In this document: positions 29,239-38,352 of the stretch, piece by piece
How the letters are laid out: every line of letters starts with the position of its first letter
How positions within the stretch are numbered: the first letter of the stretch is position 1
NCBI GenBank assembly: GCA_038247415.1
Contig: JBBRUX010000029.1
Coordinates: 1 to 49,865, forward strand
DNA length: 49,865 bases
DNA from: Chitinivibrionales bacterium
GTDB taxonomy: Bacteria; Fibrobacterota; Chitinivibrionia; Chitinivibrionales; WJKA01
Direction of reading: 5' to 3'
Translations under genes and position numbers: made by a program
Notes under the pieces: generated by a model
What the model was told of the DNA's origin: nothing
Seen by the model: only the letters and a program-made list of their open reading frames with translations
Databases searched by the model: none

Positions 29239-30471
29239 TCAGGATCTCACATAACGACGTAATACAATTGCCGAAGTGTTGCCTCCAAATGCATAAGCAT
29301 TTGACACAATCGTATTTATTTTAATTGCGCGAGATACATTAGGTACATAATCTAGGTCACAATCGGGATCAGGAGTTTCGTAATTAATTGTTGGCAAAGC
29401 AGTTTGATGCTTAATCATGAGAGCGCTTGCACACGCTTCAATTGCAGAAGCGGCGCCCATCGTGTGACCGATCATAGACTTTAATGAGGAAATTGCTACT
29501 TTATAAGCATGATCGCCAAGCACTTTTTTAAGAATCATGGTTTCACATTTATCGTTTTCGCCGGTTCCAGTCCCATGCGCACTCACATAATCGATGTCGG
29601 TAGGCGCAATGTTCGAAGCCGAAAGTGCTTTTTGAAAAGCAAGAATACCCCCAAGTCCTTCGGGATCGGGAATAGTCATTTTGTGGGCATCGCAACCAAG
29701 ACCATACCCTAATATTTCAGCATATATCGGTGCATTGCGTCTTTGAGCATGCTCTTCACTTTCGATAATCAAAACCCCTGCACCTTCGGAAACAGCCATA
29801 CCCTCACGATTTTTATCAAAGGGCCGACAAGCTGTATCGGCTGTAGCAAGCAATCGATTAAACCCAGTAAATGCAATCCTTGATAAAGGATCCGCCCCAC
29901 CGGCAATCACAACATCGGCTCGACCCATACGAATTAAATCAAATGCATAACCAATGGCATAGTTTCCTGCAGCACATGCCGTAGGAATAATAATAACCTG
30001 ACCTTTAATGTTACAAGAGCGTGCCACATTTGCGGGAATCACGCTACAGGGATACTGCCGGGGAAGTAACGGCGAGATGGCATCTTCCAAATTATTATTG
30101 TTATATTTTGCCATGATACCTTGTTCAAGTATCTGTGGCTCCCCCATGGTTGTTCCCATACATACCGCTATGCGGGAAGAATCTTCGGATTCTAGTACTA
30201 GTCCTGCATCTGCAAGCGCCATACGCGTAGCTGCAACAGCAAATTGGCTAGCACGCCCCATCCGGGCAATCTCGCCTTGTGCGAGAAAATCTGTTGGATT
30301 GAAATCAAGAACCTCACCGCCAACTTTTGTTTTAAAATCTGATGTATCAAAAGAAGTGATGGGTCGAATACCATTGGTGCCAGCTAATGCTGCAGTCCAA
30401 AATTTTTCAATCCCACAGCCAATTGGAGCAATTATTCCTAGGCCTGTAATGCAAGCTCGTTTTTGAGTCAT
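29239..30471 (-). CDS. fabF: Beta-ketoacyl-ACP synthase II
   Basis: Intact TACAAG, AHGTGT, KSMIGHTMGA and NAYAFGG motifs. Confidence 0.93.
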   Translation of the reverse strand: MTQKRACITGLGIIAPIGCGIEKFWTAALAGTNGIRPITSFDTSDFKTKVGGEVLDFNPTDFLAQGEIARMGRASQFAVAATRMALADAGLVLESEDSSRIAVCMGTTMGEPQILEQGIMAKYNNNNLEDAISPLLPRQYPCSVIPANVARSCNIKGQVIIIPTACAAGNYAIGYAFDLIRMGRADVVIAGGADPLSRIAFTGFNRLLATADTACRPFDKNREGMAVSEGAGVLIIESEEHAQRRNAPIYAEILGYGLGCDAHKMTIPDPEGLGGILAFQKALSASNIAPTDIDYVSAHGTGTGENDKCETMILKKVLGDHAYKVAISSLKSMIGHTMGAASAIEACASALMIKHQTALPTINYETPDPDCDLDYVPNVSRAIKINTIVSNAYAFGGNTSAIVLRRYVRS

Positions 30472-30565
30472 CGTTTTTTCAGTTTAGATAGGGGAAAACA
30501 AAGTTACACAATCAATAAATGCAAACATCTAAAATACTTAAGCGGGTTTAAAAAAACAACCATCT

Positions 30566-31003
30566 CTAATTCGACGGAATCGCAGAAAAGTATAGTTCAC
30601 CCTTTGCCACAATTTTATCGCCAACGGCAGCTGTTGCCGATGCTAGCGCCATAGAGCCAAACTTTTTCTCTAAATTAACGCGGGTTGTTAAAATATCACC
30701 CGGAAAAACAGGTGCCAGAAACGACATCTTTGATACTTTTCCAAGGACATAGACCTTGCTGGCGTCGATCCCATCGCCCGATTTTGCAAGCAAAAAACAG
30801 GCTGCCTGCGCCATGTTTTCGATAAGGTAAACCCCAGGCATAATTGGTTTTCCTGGAAAGTGCCCAGAAAACTGAGCCTCATTCAGCGATACATTTTTAA
30901 TGGTTATAGCAAACTTATGTGCTTCAAACCCAATGACTTTGTCAATCAATAAAAATGGATACCTATGGGGAACATTCGCTAAAACCTCAGAATAATCAAA
31001 CAT
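30566..31003 (-). CDS. fabZ: 3-hydroxyacyl-ACP dehydratase
   Basis: PHRYPFLLID and FSGHFPGKPIMPGV..IE.MAQ motifs; GAGG RBS. Confidence 0.93.
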   Translation of the reverse strand: MFDYSEVLANVPHRYPFLLIDKVIGFEAHKFAITIKNVSLNEAQFSGHFPGKPIMPGVYLIENMAQAACFLLAKSGDGIDASKVYVLGKVSKMSFLAPVFPGDILTTRVNLEKKFGSMALASATAAVGDKIVAKGELYFSAIPSN

Positions 31004-31064
31004 TTTTACCTACCTCATAAAAGTATCTTACAACAATCCCTATTCCTCACCTGCAAGGAAATCC

Positions 31065-31799
31065 TCACACCGTGAGCCCACCATCAATGGTAATTACTTG
31101 CCCGGTGATATACGGGGTTTTTCCCGAAAGTAAAAAGGATGCAAGTTGCGCAACTTCTTCTGCCTTGCCTAATCGTTTCATTGGTACTAACGCTTTAATT
31201 TCATCGATATGCTTTTCACCAAGGCCAGCGGTCATATCACTTTCGATGAATCCGGGAGCGATACAATTGACGGGAATTTGAAGTTTTGCAACTTCTTTAG
31301 CCAGAGCTCGTGTAAAACCAATTATTCCTGCTTTTGATGCACAATAGTTGGTTTGCCCTACAATGCCTGTAAATCCGCTCACAGATGTAATGTTAATGAT
31401 TGCACCTTTTTTATTTTTCATAAAATAGGTAATCAGATTGCGGGTTATATTAAAATAACCAGTCAAATTCGTATCGATAACATCATGCCATTGAGCAGGC
31501 TGCATGAGAAACAGACTCGTATCCCGCGTTATACCTGCATTATTTACTAGCGCATCAACATCGCCAAGAAACTCTTTTGCAGAAGCAATAAACGAAGTGC
31601 ACTCATCAAAATTGGAAATATCACACTTATAGCATGCTGCCTTTCCACCATTATCAACGATATCCTTGACGATGGCCTCCGCAGCAGCAGCTGATTCACG
31701 ATAATTAAATACAACTTCCCATCCTTCAGATGCGAGTTGCTGGACAATGGCCTTACCTATTCCTCTGCTTCCGCCTGTGACAATAACCTTTTTGCCCAC
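31065..31799 (-). CDS. fabG: 3-oxoacyl-ACP reductase
   Basis: TGGSRGIG, NNAGITRD, YCASK and PGFI motifs; likely GTG start after GGGGAG. Confidence 0.93.
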   Translation of the reverse strand: MGKKVIVTGGSRGIGKAIVQQLASEGWEVVFNYRESAAAAEAIVKDIVDNGGKAACYKCDISNFDECTSFIASAKEFLGDVDALVNNAGITRDTSLFLMQPAQWHDVIDTNLTGYFNITRNLITYFMKNKKGAIINITSVSGFTGIVGQTNYCASKAGIIGFTRALAKEVAKLQIPVNCIAPGFIESDMTAGLGEKHIDEIKALVPMKRLGKAEEVAQLASFLLSGKTPYITGQVITIDGGLTV

Positions 31800-32109
31800 T
31801 GAACTCCCCTTTTTCAAAATTCTAATTTTTCAAAGCCAAAAAATAATAACGCCCCTAAATTGTATCAAAAATTAATTAATCTTTCTGGAATCTACAATGA
31901 TATAGGCAAGAATCCAGAAAACATTAACTCAGCGGAACAGCAACTGGCGCAGATTTTAAAATATAAATGCTTTGGGCTTCGCGGTATTATAACACCATCT
32001 CGCACCACCGATTTAAAAATGCTGGAAAAAAAATATACCTTCACCTATTTTTATATTGTATATAGAATCAATTGTTTACTTTTAATTTTTCTCGAAAGAA
32101 TCTTCGCCC

Positions 32110-33006
32110 ATGCTCTACAAAATTCTTCTCTTGGTGGCCTGTTCTTGGTTTACTATTATGGCCGAAACACACATTGCAGGTGACATCCACAAAATGACCT
32201 TCGATGGAACAGGCAACCCGTATATAGTAGAACAAGACATTATAATTCCTGCACAGCAAGAAGTAACTTTTAAATCAGGCTGCATATTTCTCTTCAAGCC
32301 TTTTGCCGGGCTTCATATTTTGGGTAAACTTAACGCTGCTGGCACCGATGCCAACCCAATCGTTTTTACCTCCATAAACGACGGCGAATACAACCCAGCT
32401 TCCAAACAGCTCGCCAATCCCTTCGATTGGAACGGTCTCTTGGTTGGGCGAGAATCAACCGGCGCTAATTTTAAAAATATTTTTCTGCGCTATTCCGTGT
32501 ATGGTATAAAATCACAGAACCCAAATATTACTATACAAAACGGAAAATTTAGATCAAACGGTCAATTCCATTTTACTATAAATGATAAAATCCAAATGGT
32601 TCAAGATGATTTACCTTATACTTATGGCATTTCCGAAAACAATTCGGATGCTACGGTAACAAGAACAACAAGAAATGACCCTTCTCCTGCCAAGGCCGAA
32701 AATGCTGCCGCTAATGGCAAAAAAATCAGCAAAGAAAAACGCATCATTCGCTATTCGTGCTTAGGGGTTGGCATCGCAGGTACCGTGGGTTTGGGAATTT
32801 TTGGAGTGCAAACAATACAGAACTATCAAACTATGCAGAATGATTTAAAAGCTTATGAATCTGCCCCAACACTCAAAAAGCCTACATTGAAAAAAGTTTA
32901 TGATGATTCAAAAGAAAGCTATACACAATTACAGGTACCAACAATTATTTGTGGTGCCCTTGCGATACTTGGCTTTACAGGCTTTACTTTGACATTTGTA
33001 TTTTAA
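32110..33006 (+). CDS. Exported hypothetical protein (beta-helix-like N-terminus, hydrophobic C-terminus)
   Basis: Signal peptide, GNPYIV...G.L.A.GT..NPIVFTS motif and two C-terminal hydrophobic segments. Confidence 0.7.
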   Translation: MLYKILLLVACSWFTIMAETHIAGDIHKMTFDGTGNPYIVEQDIIIPAQQEVTFKSGCIFLFKPFAGLHILGKLNAAGTDANPIVFTSINDGEYNPASKQLANPFDWNGLLVGRESTGANFKNIFLRYSVYGIKSQNPNITIQNGKFRSNGQFHFTINDKIQMVQDDLPYTYGISENNSDATVTRTTRNDPSPAKAENAAANGKKISKEKRIIRYSCLGVGIAGTVGLGIFGVQTIQNYQTMQNDLKAYESAPTLKKPTLKKVYDDSKESYTQLQVPTIICGALAILGFTGFTLTFVF

Positions 33007-33023
33007 GTTTGAATAATTCTTAC

Positions 33024-33062
33024 AAGGCAGCTTTATTGCTTATGTCAAGAGCTGTCTTTTTT
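33024..33062 (+). terminator. Putative intrinsic terminator
   Basis: AAGGCAGCT...AGCTGTCTT stem followed by a T-run, 17 bp after the stop. Confidence 0.55.
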
Positions 33063-33261
33063 CACCACCATCTAATCCGTTCTGTAATCTCACCCTTGCC
33101 TCATTAACCTTTTTATAGGTGACAATTTTTAGTGGATGGTATAAATGACATTAAGCCGCAGGCCCCTCGCTTATTCTCAAACATCCCACTATACTTTACG
33201 TATACGTAAAGTATTTTAGATAGATATCATTCTAATACTTGACCAGACTACTAGGAACACA

Positions 33262-34431
33262 ATGAAATCATACTATGGATATATCGAAGGCTATTATGGA
33301 AAGATGCTTTCCTGGGAGGAACGAACTTTTCTTATTAATCAATTTCCCTCGCTTAACCTCAACACCTATTTGTACGCCCCAAAAGAAGATCCTTTTCACC
33401 GCTATGCATGGCGTACGCCCTACACTAAATCATGGCTCCAAGATTTTTCTATTTTTGTAAAGTGCGCTCAAAAAAACAAAACCTCGGTCATTCCGGCCAT
33501 GGCTCCTGGCCTTTCATTTGATTACACAAGCAAAAGCGACTACCAGACGCTTCTAAAAAAGTTTTCAACATGGTGCGAAGGTGGGATAACCGAACTAGCG
33601 CTGCTTATGGATGACATTCCGGTCATGCTGCCACAAGCATCAAAAAAAACATTTTCTTCACTAGGGCATGCGCATGCAGCTTTACTCGAAAAATTAACCC
33701 TCGATATCTCGCGAAGATTTCCCAAAACATCCATGATCTTCTGCCCCACCGTATATTCCGACCAAATGGCAGAAACAAAAGATGCAAAAACTTCTCAGTA
33801 TTTGCAGGATTTGGCCACATCAATCCCAGCGCACATTCCCCTATTCTGGACGGGACAAAAGATTGTTTCGCCAACTATTACCAAATCGTCAATTGACTTT
33901 GTCCTGAAAACGTTTCACAATAATATTATTATTTGGGATAATTTATACGCCAATGACTACTGTCCTCAAAAACTTTTTTTGAGTCCGCTGACCGGGAGAA
34001 ACCCCTCCATGCTTAAAAATATTCGTGGTTTCATGATAAACCCGACAGGGCTCTTGCACACAGATCTCTTTTATTTACGAATGCTTAATGGCTATATTTC
34101 TAAGAACAACCCACTTAAGGGCTGGCAGCAAAGTGCTGCTCAATCAGGCTTTCCCAAAGAAATCAAAAACATCATTCCTTTACTTGGGACATTTAATTCA
34201 GTACCCTTAAAGCACCTTACGCTATCAGGTGCAACAATCTCGGGCCTACGTAAAGCGCTCTTTACGCTTTTGTGGACATGGAAGTCGCCCTTGCATCAGG
34301 AGTGGTATCCTTTTCTCCATGCCCTCGACACCGATTTGGCGCTTCTGGACCCCAAGAATCCAGTTACACCGCAATGGATTGCTAAAAAAATTCCAACACT
34401 GCATGCTTCCCTTCTTCGGAATCCTGCATGA
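33262..34431 (+). CDS. GH84 beta-N-acetylglucosaminidase (O-GlcNAcase/hyaluronidase family)
   Basis: GYIEGYYG, YLYAPKEDPFHR, catalytic LLMDDI, FWTG and WDNLYANDY motifs; no signal peptide. Confidence 0.9.
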   Translation: MKSYYGYIEGYYGKMLSWEERTFLINQFPSLNLNTYLYAPKEDPFHRYAWRTPYTKSWLQDFSIFVKCAQKNKTSVIPAMAPGLSFDYTSKSDYQTLLKKFSTWCEGGITELALLMDDIPVMLPQASKKTFSSLGHAHAALLEKLTLDISRRFPKTSMIFCPTVYSDQMAETKDAKTSQYLQDLATSIPAHIPLFWTGQKIVSPTITKSSIDFVLKTFHNNIIIWDNLYANDYCPQKLFLSPLTGRNPSMLKNIRGFMINPTGLLHTDLFYLRMLNGYISKNNPLKGWQQSAAQSGFPKEIKNIIPLLGTFNSVPLKHLTLSGATISGLRKALFTLLWTWKSPLHQEWYPFLHALDTDLALLDPKNPVTPQWIAKKIPTLHASLLRNPA

Positions 34432-35186
34432 ACACTGTTCAGCTAGAACTCGATCTCCTTACCCCAAAAACATTCGAACAACTTATTAAAGAGCACCGAT
34501 TTGAACGAATAAGTATTGAGCTTAGCCCACGCCTGAAAAGAGGGTGGCGAATTAGAAAACACGGATTTCCTGCAAAAGCAACTCTTTGTGTCCCTTCGCT
34601 CTTCGAAAATAGTCCCGAAGCAATCAAGCTAACTTTATTGCAATGGGGCGACCTCTTTTTGCATGCAAGCCCTAAAAAATTTAAGGCTTCTAAAAAAAGC
34701 TTAGAAACTATTATTTGGAATTATCTTGCAACACAACAACCTCAACAATCGCTGCATCGCCCCCTTAATACCGAGCGCGTTGTCGCCAAAGAAGTTGGCA
34801 AGCACTATAATTTGCGTACCATTTTTAATACTCTCAATCATCACTATTTCAACGACACGCTTGTTTCTTATTTAAGATTTGGACAGCCCGCAACATTAAC
34901 ATCGTATCAAATAGATAAAATCGACAAGGCTGGTAGATCTGTTAGCTTAATAACGATTGGCGGAGTTTATGACTCACCAGAAGTGCCTGCATTTGCCATA
35001 GAAGGGGTTATGTATCATGAGATGCTCCACATTGCATTGCCACCAGAAAAACGCACGTTGCGCAGATTGGTTCATGGGAAAACTTTTAGAGAAGCAGAGA
35101 AAAAATTTGAATATTATGAACAGTGGCGGTTCTGGGAAAAAAACAACATCAGAAAAATTCAGAGGAAATTGAAGAGAGCATTATAA
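34428..35186 (+). CDS. SprT/YgjP-like zinc metalloprotease domain protein
   Basis: YHEMLH (HExxH) and HGKTFREAE; ATGA overlap with the GH84 gene. Confidence 0.75.
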   Translation: MNTVQLELDLLTPKTFEQLIKEHRFERISIELSPRLKRGWRIRKHGFPAKATLCVPSLFENSPEAIKLTLLQWGDLFLHASPKKFKASKKSLETIIWNYLATQQPQQSLHRPLNTERVVAKEVGKHYNLRTIFNTLNHHYFNDTLVSYLRFGQPATLTSYQIDKIDKAGRSVSLITIGGVYDSPEVPAFAIEGVMYHEMLHIALPPEKRTLRRLVHGKTFREAEKKFEYYEQWRFWEKNNIRKIQRKLKRAL

Positions 35187-35297
35187 GAATAGTTAGTTTA
35201 CTTGATTTTTCAGCCTGAAATGGCTATTTTACAGACTTCAAAACTAACCACTTTTTTTGACCAATTTTTTAGTAGCGCCCCCTACCGGAGAAAAGCT

Positions 35298-36533
35298 TTG
35301 AAAAAATTTAGACACATGGCATTTCAAGGATACCGTTTTGTACTTCGAACTATTAAAGGCATCTTTATTAAAATTCCCTTTCAATATGGAAAAACCCTTA
35401 GGTTCTTGCTTAAAACACGCGGTTTACGAGGCTTTTACAATTTCTTTTTTGTAAAATTATTTGCTCGCGGCGAACGTGTTGGACTTCAGCTCCTCGATCC
35501 AATTGAAATGATGTTTCCGTGGCTTACTCCCTATCCTTATATGATTGAAATCGAAGTAACAACGCGGTGTCATCTTCGTTGCACAATATGCGAACATACC
35601 TACTGGCCAGACGAAGAATACAAGAAGCTTGATACAACGTTTGATCAATTCAAGTATATTATCGACCAATTCCCTCGCCTCAAATACATTAATCTTACCG
35701 GCGAAGGTTCTTCTTTTGCCAATAAAGATTTTATCAAGATATTGGAGTATTGTGATAAGAGACATATTTATACAACAGTTATTGACAGTCTCACAGCACT
35801 TTCATCAGAGCAACTTGAATCCTTGGTTAAATATGGTGTAGGAAAATTTGTTTTGTCGTGTGATGGCGCTACAAAAGAAGTGTACGAAAAGATTCGTGTT
35901 GGTGGAAAATTTGAAAAAGTGCTCGAAAATGTTCGTAATTTAGGAGAACTTCGAAAAAAATATAAATCGCCACTCCCCGAGTTTTGCTTTCGATTTATCT
36001 TTTTTAAGGACAATTATCAGGACTTGATCAAATACCCAGATCTTGTCAATGAATATCGCATGAAACACTACGTTGACGGAGACGATAACCATGTCGAAAT
36101 GACAGCGCTTCTGGAGTTTAAAGACATCAAGGATTGGGTATATGAACCCGATCAGCAGCTGATCGATGATGTCAACAAAAAGCTTGATCATCACAAACTC
36201 CCTCATGCATGGTCTCACCCTAGCCACGAGGTTGACAAAAAACGCCCAATGCGCGAATGTGTTGCGTGGGCAGAGCCCTATATCATGATGGGTGGTTATG
36301 TGCTTCCCTGTTGTAGCGTCCTTATGTCAAATGATAGAGATTTCTTAATTAAAAATAGTTTTGGCAATGTTTTCGAAAAAGATTTTAAGGAAATCTGGAA
36401 CTCAAAACGATATAAGGAATTTCGAAAGACTATACCTCGATATTCTGGAGCTGTGCCTAAATATTGTTCAGGGTGCAGAGGATTTGATACTTCAACGCGT
36501 GAGCAAGAATACGGAGTATCTGATTGGCTGTAA
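35298..36533 (+). CDS. Radical SAM/SPASM(twitch)-domain protein
   Basis: CHLRCTIC motif, TGEG, C-terminal C...GYVLPCC...GNV...IWNS...CSGC. TTG start chosen after GGAG. Confidence 0.88.
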   Translation: MKKFRHMAFQGYRFVLRTIKGIFIKIPFQYGKTLRFLLKTRGLRGFYNFFFVKLFARGERVGLQLLDPIEMMFPWLTPYPYMIEIEVTTRCHLRCTICEHTYWPDEEYKKLDTTFDQFKYIIDQFPRLKYINLTGEGSSFANKDFIKILEYCDKRHIYTTVIDSLTALSSEQLESLVKYGVGKFVLSCDGATKEVYEKIRVGGKFEKVLENVRNLGELRKKYKSPLPEFCFRFIFFKDNYQDLIKYPDLVNEYRMKHYVDGDDNHVEMTALLEFKDIKDWVYEPDQQLIDDVNKKLDHHKLPHAWSHPSHEVDKKRPMRECVAWAEPYIMMGGYVLPCCSVLMSNDRDFLIKNSFGNVFEKDFKEIWNSKRYKEFRKTIPRYSGAVPKYCSGCRGFDTSTREQEYGVSDWL

Positions 36534-37669
36534 AGCAAGATGGGATATCTCCAAAGGTATTCCTTCACAAAACAGAAGATATTTCTGCTTTTTTACAAAA
36601 ACTTTGGGAGGATGCGCAATCCTCCTTTCAATGCCCTATAAAATCGGTTTTAATCAAACCTAATTTTGTAAATGACTTTCCTTCAGACTCTGGTGTTACA
36701 ACTTCGCTCTCCCTTATACAATCAGTTATTTCATTTCTTGGCACGAATGGAGTTACCCGAATTTGTATTGCTGAGGCTGCAATGATCGATACCGACAAAG
36801 TATTCGAAAACCTTAATGTGCGGTCTTTATTTGGAACAGATATCAGTATTATTAATACTGAACACGTTCAACGTATGACAATTGAGTCTCCCCTTAAGCT
36901 AGACATGAAACACGTTTCTCTGCCTTCGCTCATTTCTGAGTTTGATGCAATAATAAATATGCCAAAACTAAAGACCCATTGCTTGACTACCGTTTCACTT
37001 GGACTTAAAAACTTCTTTGGGTATCTTTCCAAAGGAGGCAGGCGGTTTGCGCATATATCCAATATCGATGCATCGATAGTCGACTTATTTGCCACACTAA
37101 GGTCGATTAAGCCAATTATTACTATTATTGATGGCACCGTGGCATTAAGTGGAAAAAGCGGTCCTATTCATGGGACACCTCTTGCATTAGGAATTTTAAT
37201 AGGCGGCATCAATCCTATTGCCGTTGACGAAACGGCGGTGAGAATTATGGGACACGACATAGCACATGTTAATCATCTAGCACGCGCAAAAGAGAAGTTG
37301 GAAACATATACATCTATAGAAATACATGGCGAAAGCATAGCTGATTGCGCAAAAAAATTTATTATTCCTCCACAAACGATTCCGATCAAGGATCAAATAA
37401 TAACCCTTAAAAACAAGGTTTTTTTAAAGCGCCCTGTTCTCAAGAATCCTAAAAAATGCACTCGATGCCTAAGCTGTACCAAGGTTTGCCCACTTCAATG
37501 TATTGAACTCAAGGGAAAAATTACCATCGATTACACAAAATGCATAAGCTGCTTATGCTGTTGTGAATCCTGTCAAGCACATGCGCTTGATTATACGGTC
37601 AGATGGGGATTCATCTATACAATCGCACGAGCGTGTGCAAAAATAGTCAAAAAGATTTTACCCTTGTAG
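36524..37669 (+). CDS. DUF362 plus 2x[4Fe-4S] ferredoxin domain protein
   Basis: VLIKPN, PKLKTH, LGLKNFFG and GPIHG motifs; C-terminal CxxCxxCxxxCP and CxxCxCCxExC. Confidence 0.88.
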   Translation: MAVKQDGISPKVFLHKTEDISAFLQKLWEDAQSSFQCPIKSVLIKPNFVNDFPSDSGVTTSLSLIQSVISFLGTNGVTRICIAEAAMIDTDKVFENLNVRSLFGTDISIINTEHVQRMTIESPLKLDMKHVSLPSLISEFDAIINMPKLKTHCLTTVSLGLKNFFGYLSKGGRRFAHISNIDASIVDLFATLRSIKPIITIIDGTVALSGKSGPIHGTPLALGILIGGINPIAVDETAVRIMGHDIAHVNHLARAKEKLETYTSIEIHGESIADCAKKFIIPPQTIPIKDQIITLKNKVFLKRPVLKNPKKCTRCLSCTKVCPLQCIELKGKITIDYTKCISCLCCCESCQAHALDYTVRWGFIYTIARACAKIVKKILPL

Positions 37670-37713
37670 CAAGTACTACAAAACCTGCAATCTCTGCTAC
37701 GCTCTTCCAAATT

Positions 37714-38232
37714 TCAGCACAAAAATGAAACAAGCTCCGAAATATTTGCTATATCATAATCATTAAGAGAATATTTACTCTTGACAATGATACTTTTTAG
37801 GTTGGGCAACCTGATTCGATCTGAAGGTTTATCACCAACCATGATTGACGCAGATAAGTCGAGATTATACTCCTCTGCAGCAAGCAATACCATACCTGGG
37901 TTAGGCTTTCGCAGCGGGGAATCGATTTTATAGTGATCAATCTTAGAATCCTTATGGTAGGGGCACACATAGAATTTTGCGATAGTGATCCCCCGGAGTG
38001 CGAATTCTTCTTTCATCCAATCGTGCAAATCTTCTACGTCCTTTTCGGTAAAAAGACCCTTTGCAATACCAGCTTGATTTGTTACCACAATGAGCAGATA
38101 CCCCATGTTTTGAGCCAACCTGCAAACATCAAATATCTCCTCTATAAAAACAATCTGCTCTTTTGTATGGGGATACCCGCTATCCTGATTAATAACTCCA
38201 TCCCGATCAAGAAAAAGTGCTTTTAAAGTCAT
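37714..38232 (-). CDS. gmhB: D-glycero-D-manno-heptose 1,7-bisphosphate phosphatase (HAD IIIA)
   Basis: FLDRDGVIN, TNQAGI, CPYH, RKPNPGM and MVGDKPSD motifs. Confidence 0.9.
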   Translation of the reverse strand: MTLKALFLDRDGVINQDSGYPHTKEQIVFIEEIFDVCRLAQNMGYLLIVVTNQAGIAKGLFTEKDVEDLHDWMKEEFALRGITIAKFYVCPYHKDSKIDHYKIDSPLRKPNPGMVLLAAEEYNLDLSASIMVGDKPSDRIRLPNLKSIIVKSKYSLNDYDIANISELVSFLC

Positions 38233-38352
38233 TCTCTATGGCGCCTTTAGAAAATGTGGAATAAACTTGAGCAAAACCTATTTTAAAGGTATATAAAAAT
38301 AGTTGATGTGATTACGCTATGGATCGCGCATTAAATTTGGGAACCAACTGCT

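Noticed and set aside
26724..31799. Canonical aryl polyene cluster or housekeeping fab operon
   Set aside because: No aryl-loading ligase, glycosyltransferase, LolA or MMPL genes for APE; no plsX/fabH/fabD for housekeeping FAS; a dead KS and an rSAM are present instead.
31860..32183. 107-aa ORF between fabG and the exported protein
   Set aside because: TTG start, no recognisable motif, AT-rich divergent promoter region, and it overlaps the better-supported 32110 gene.
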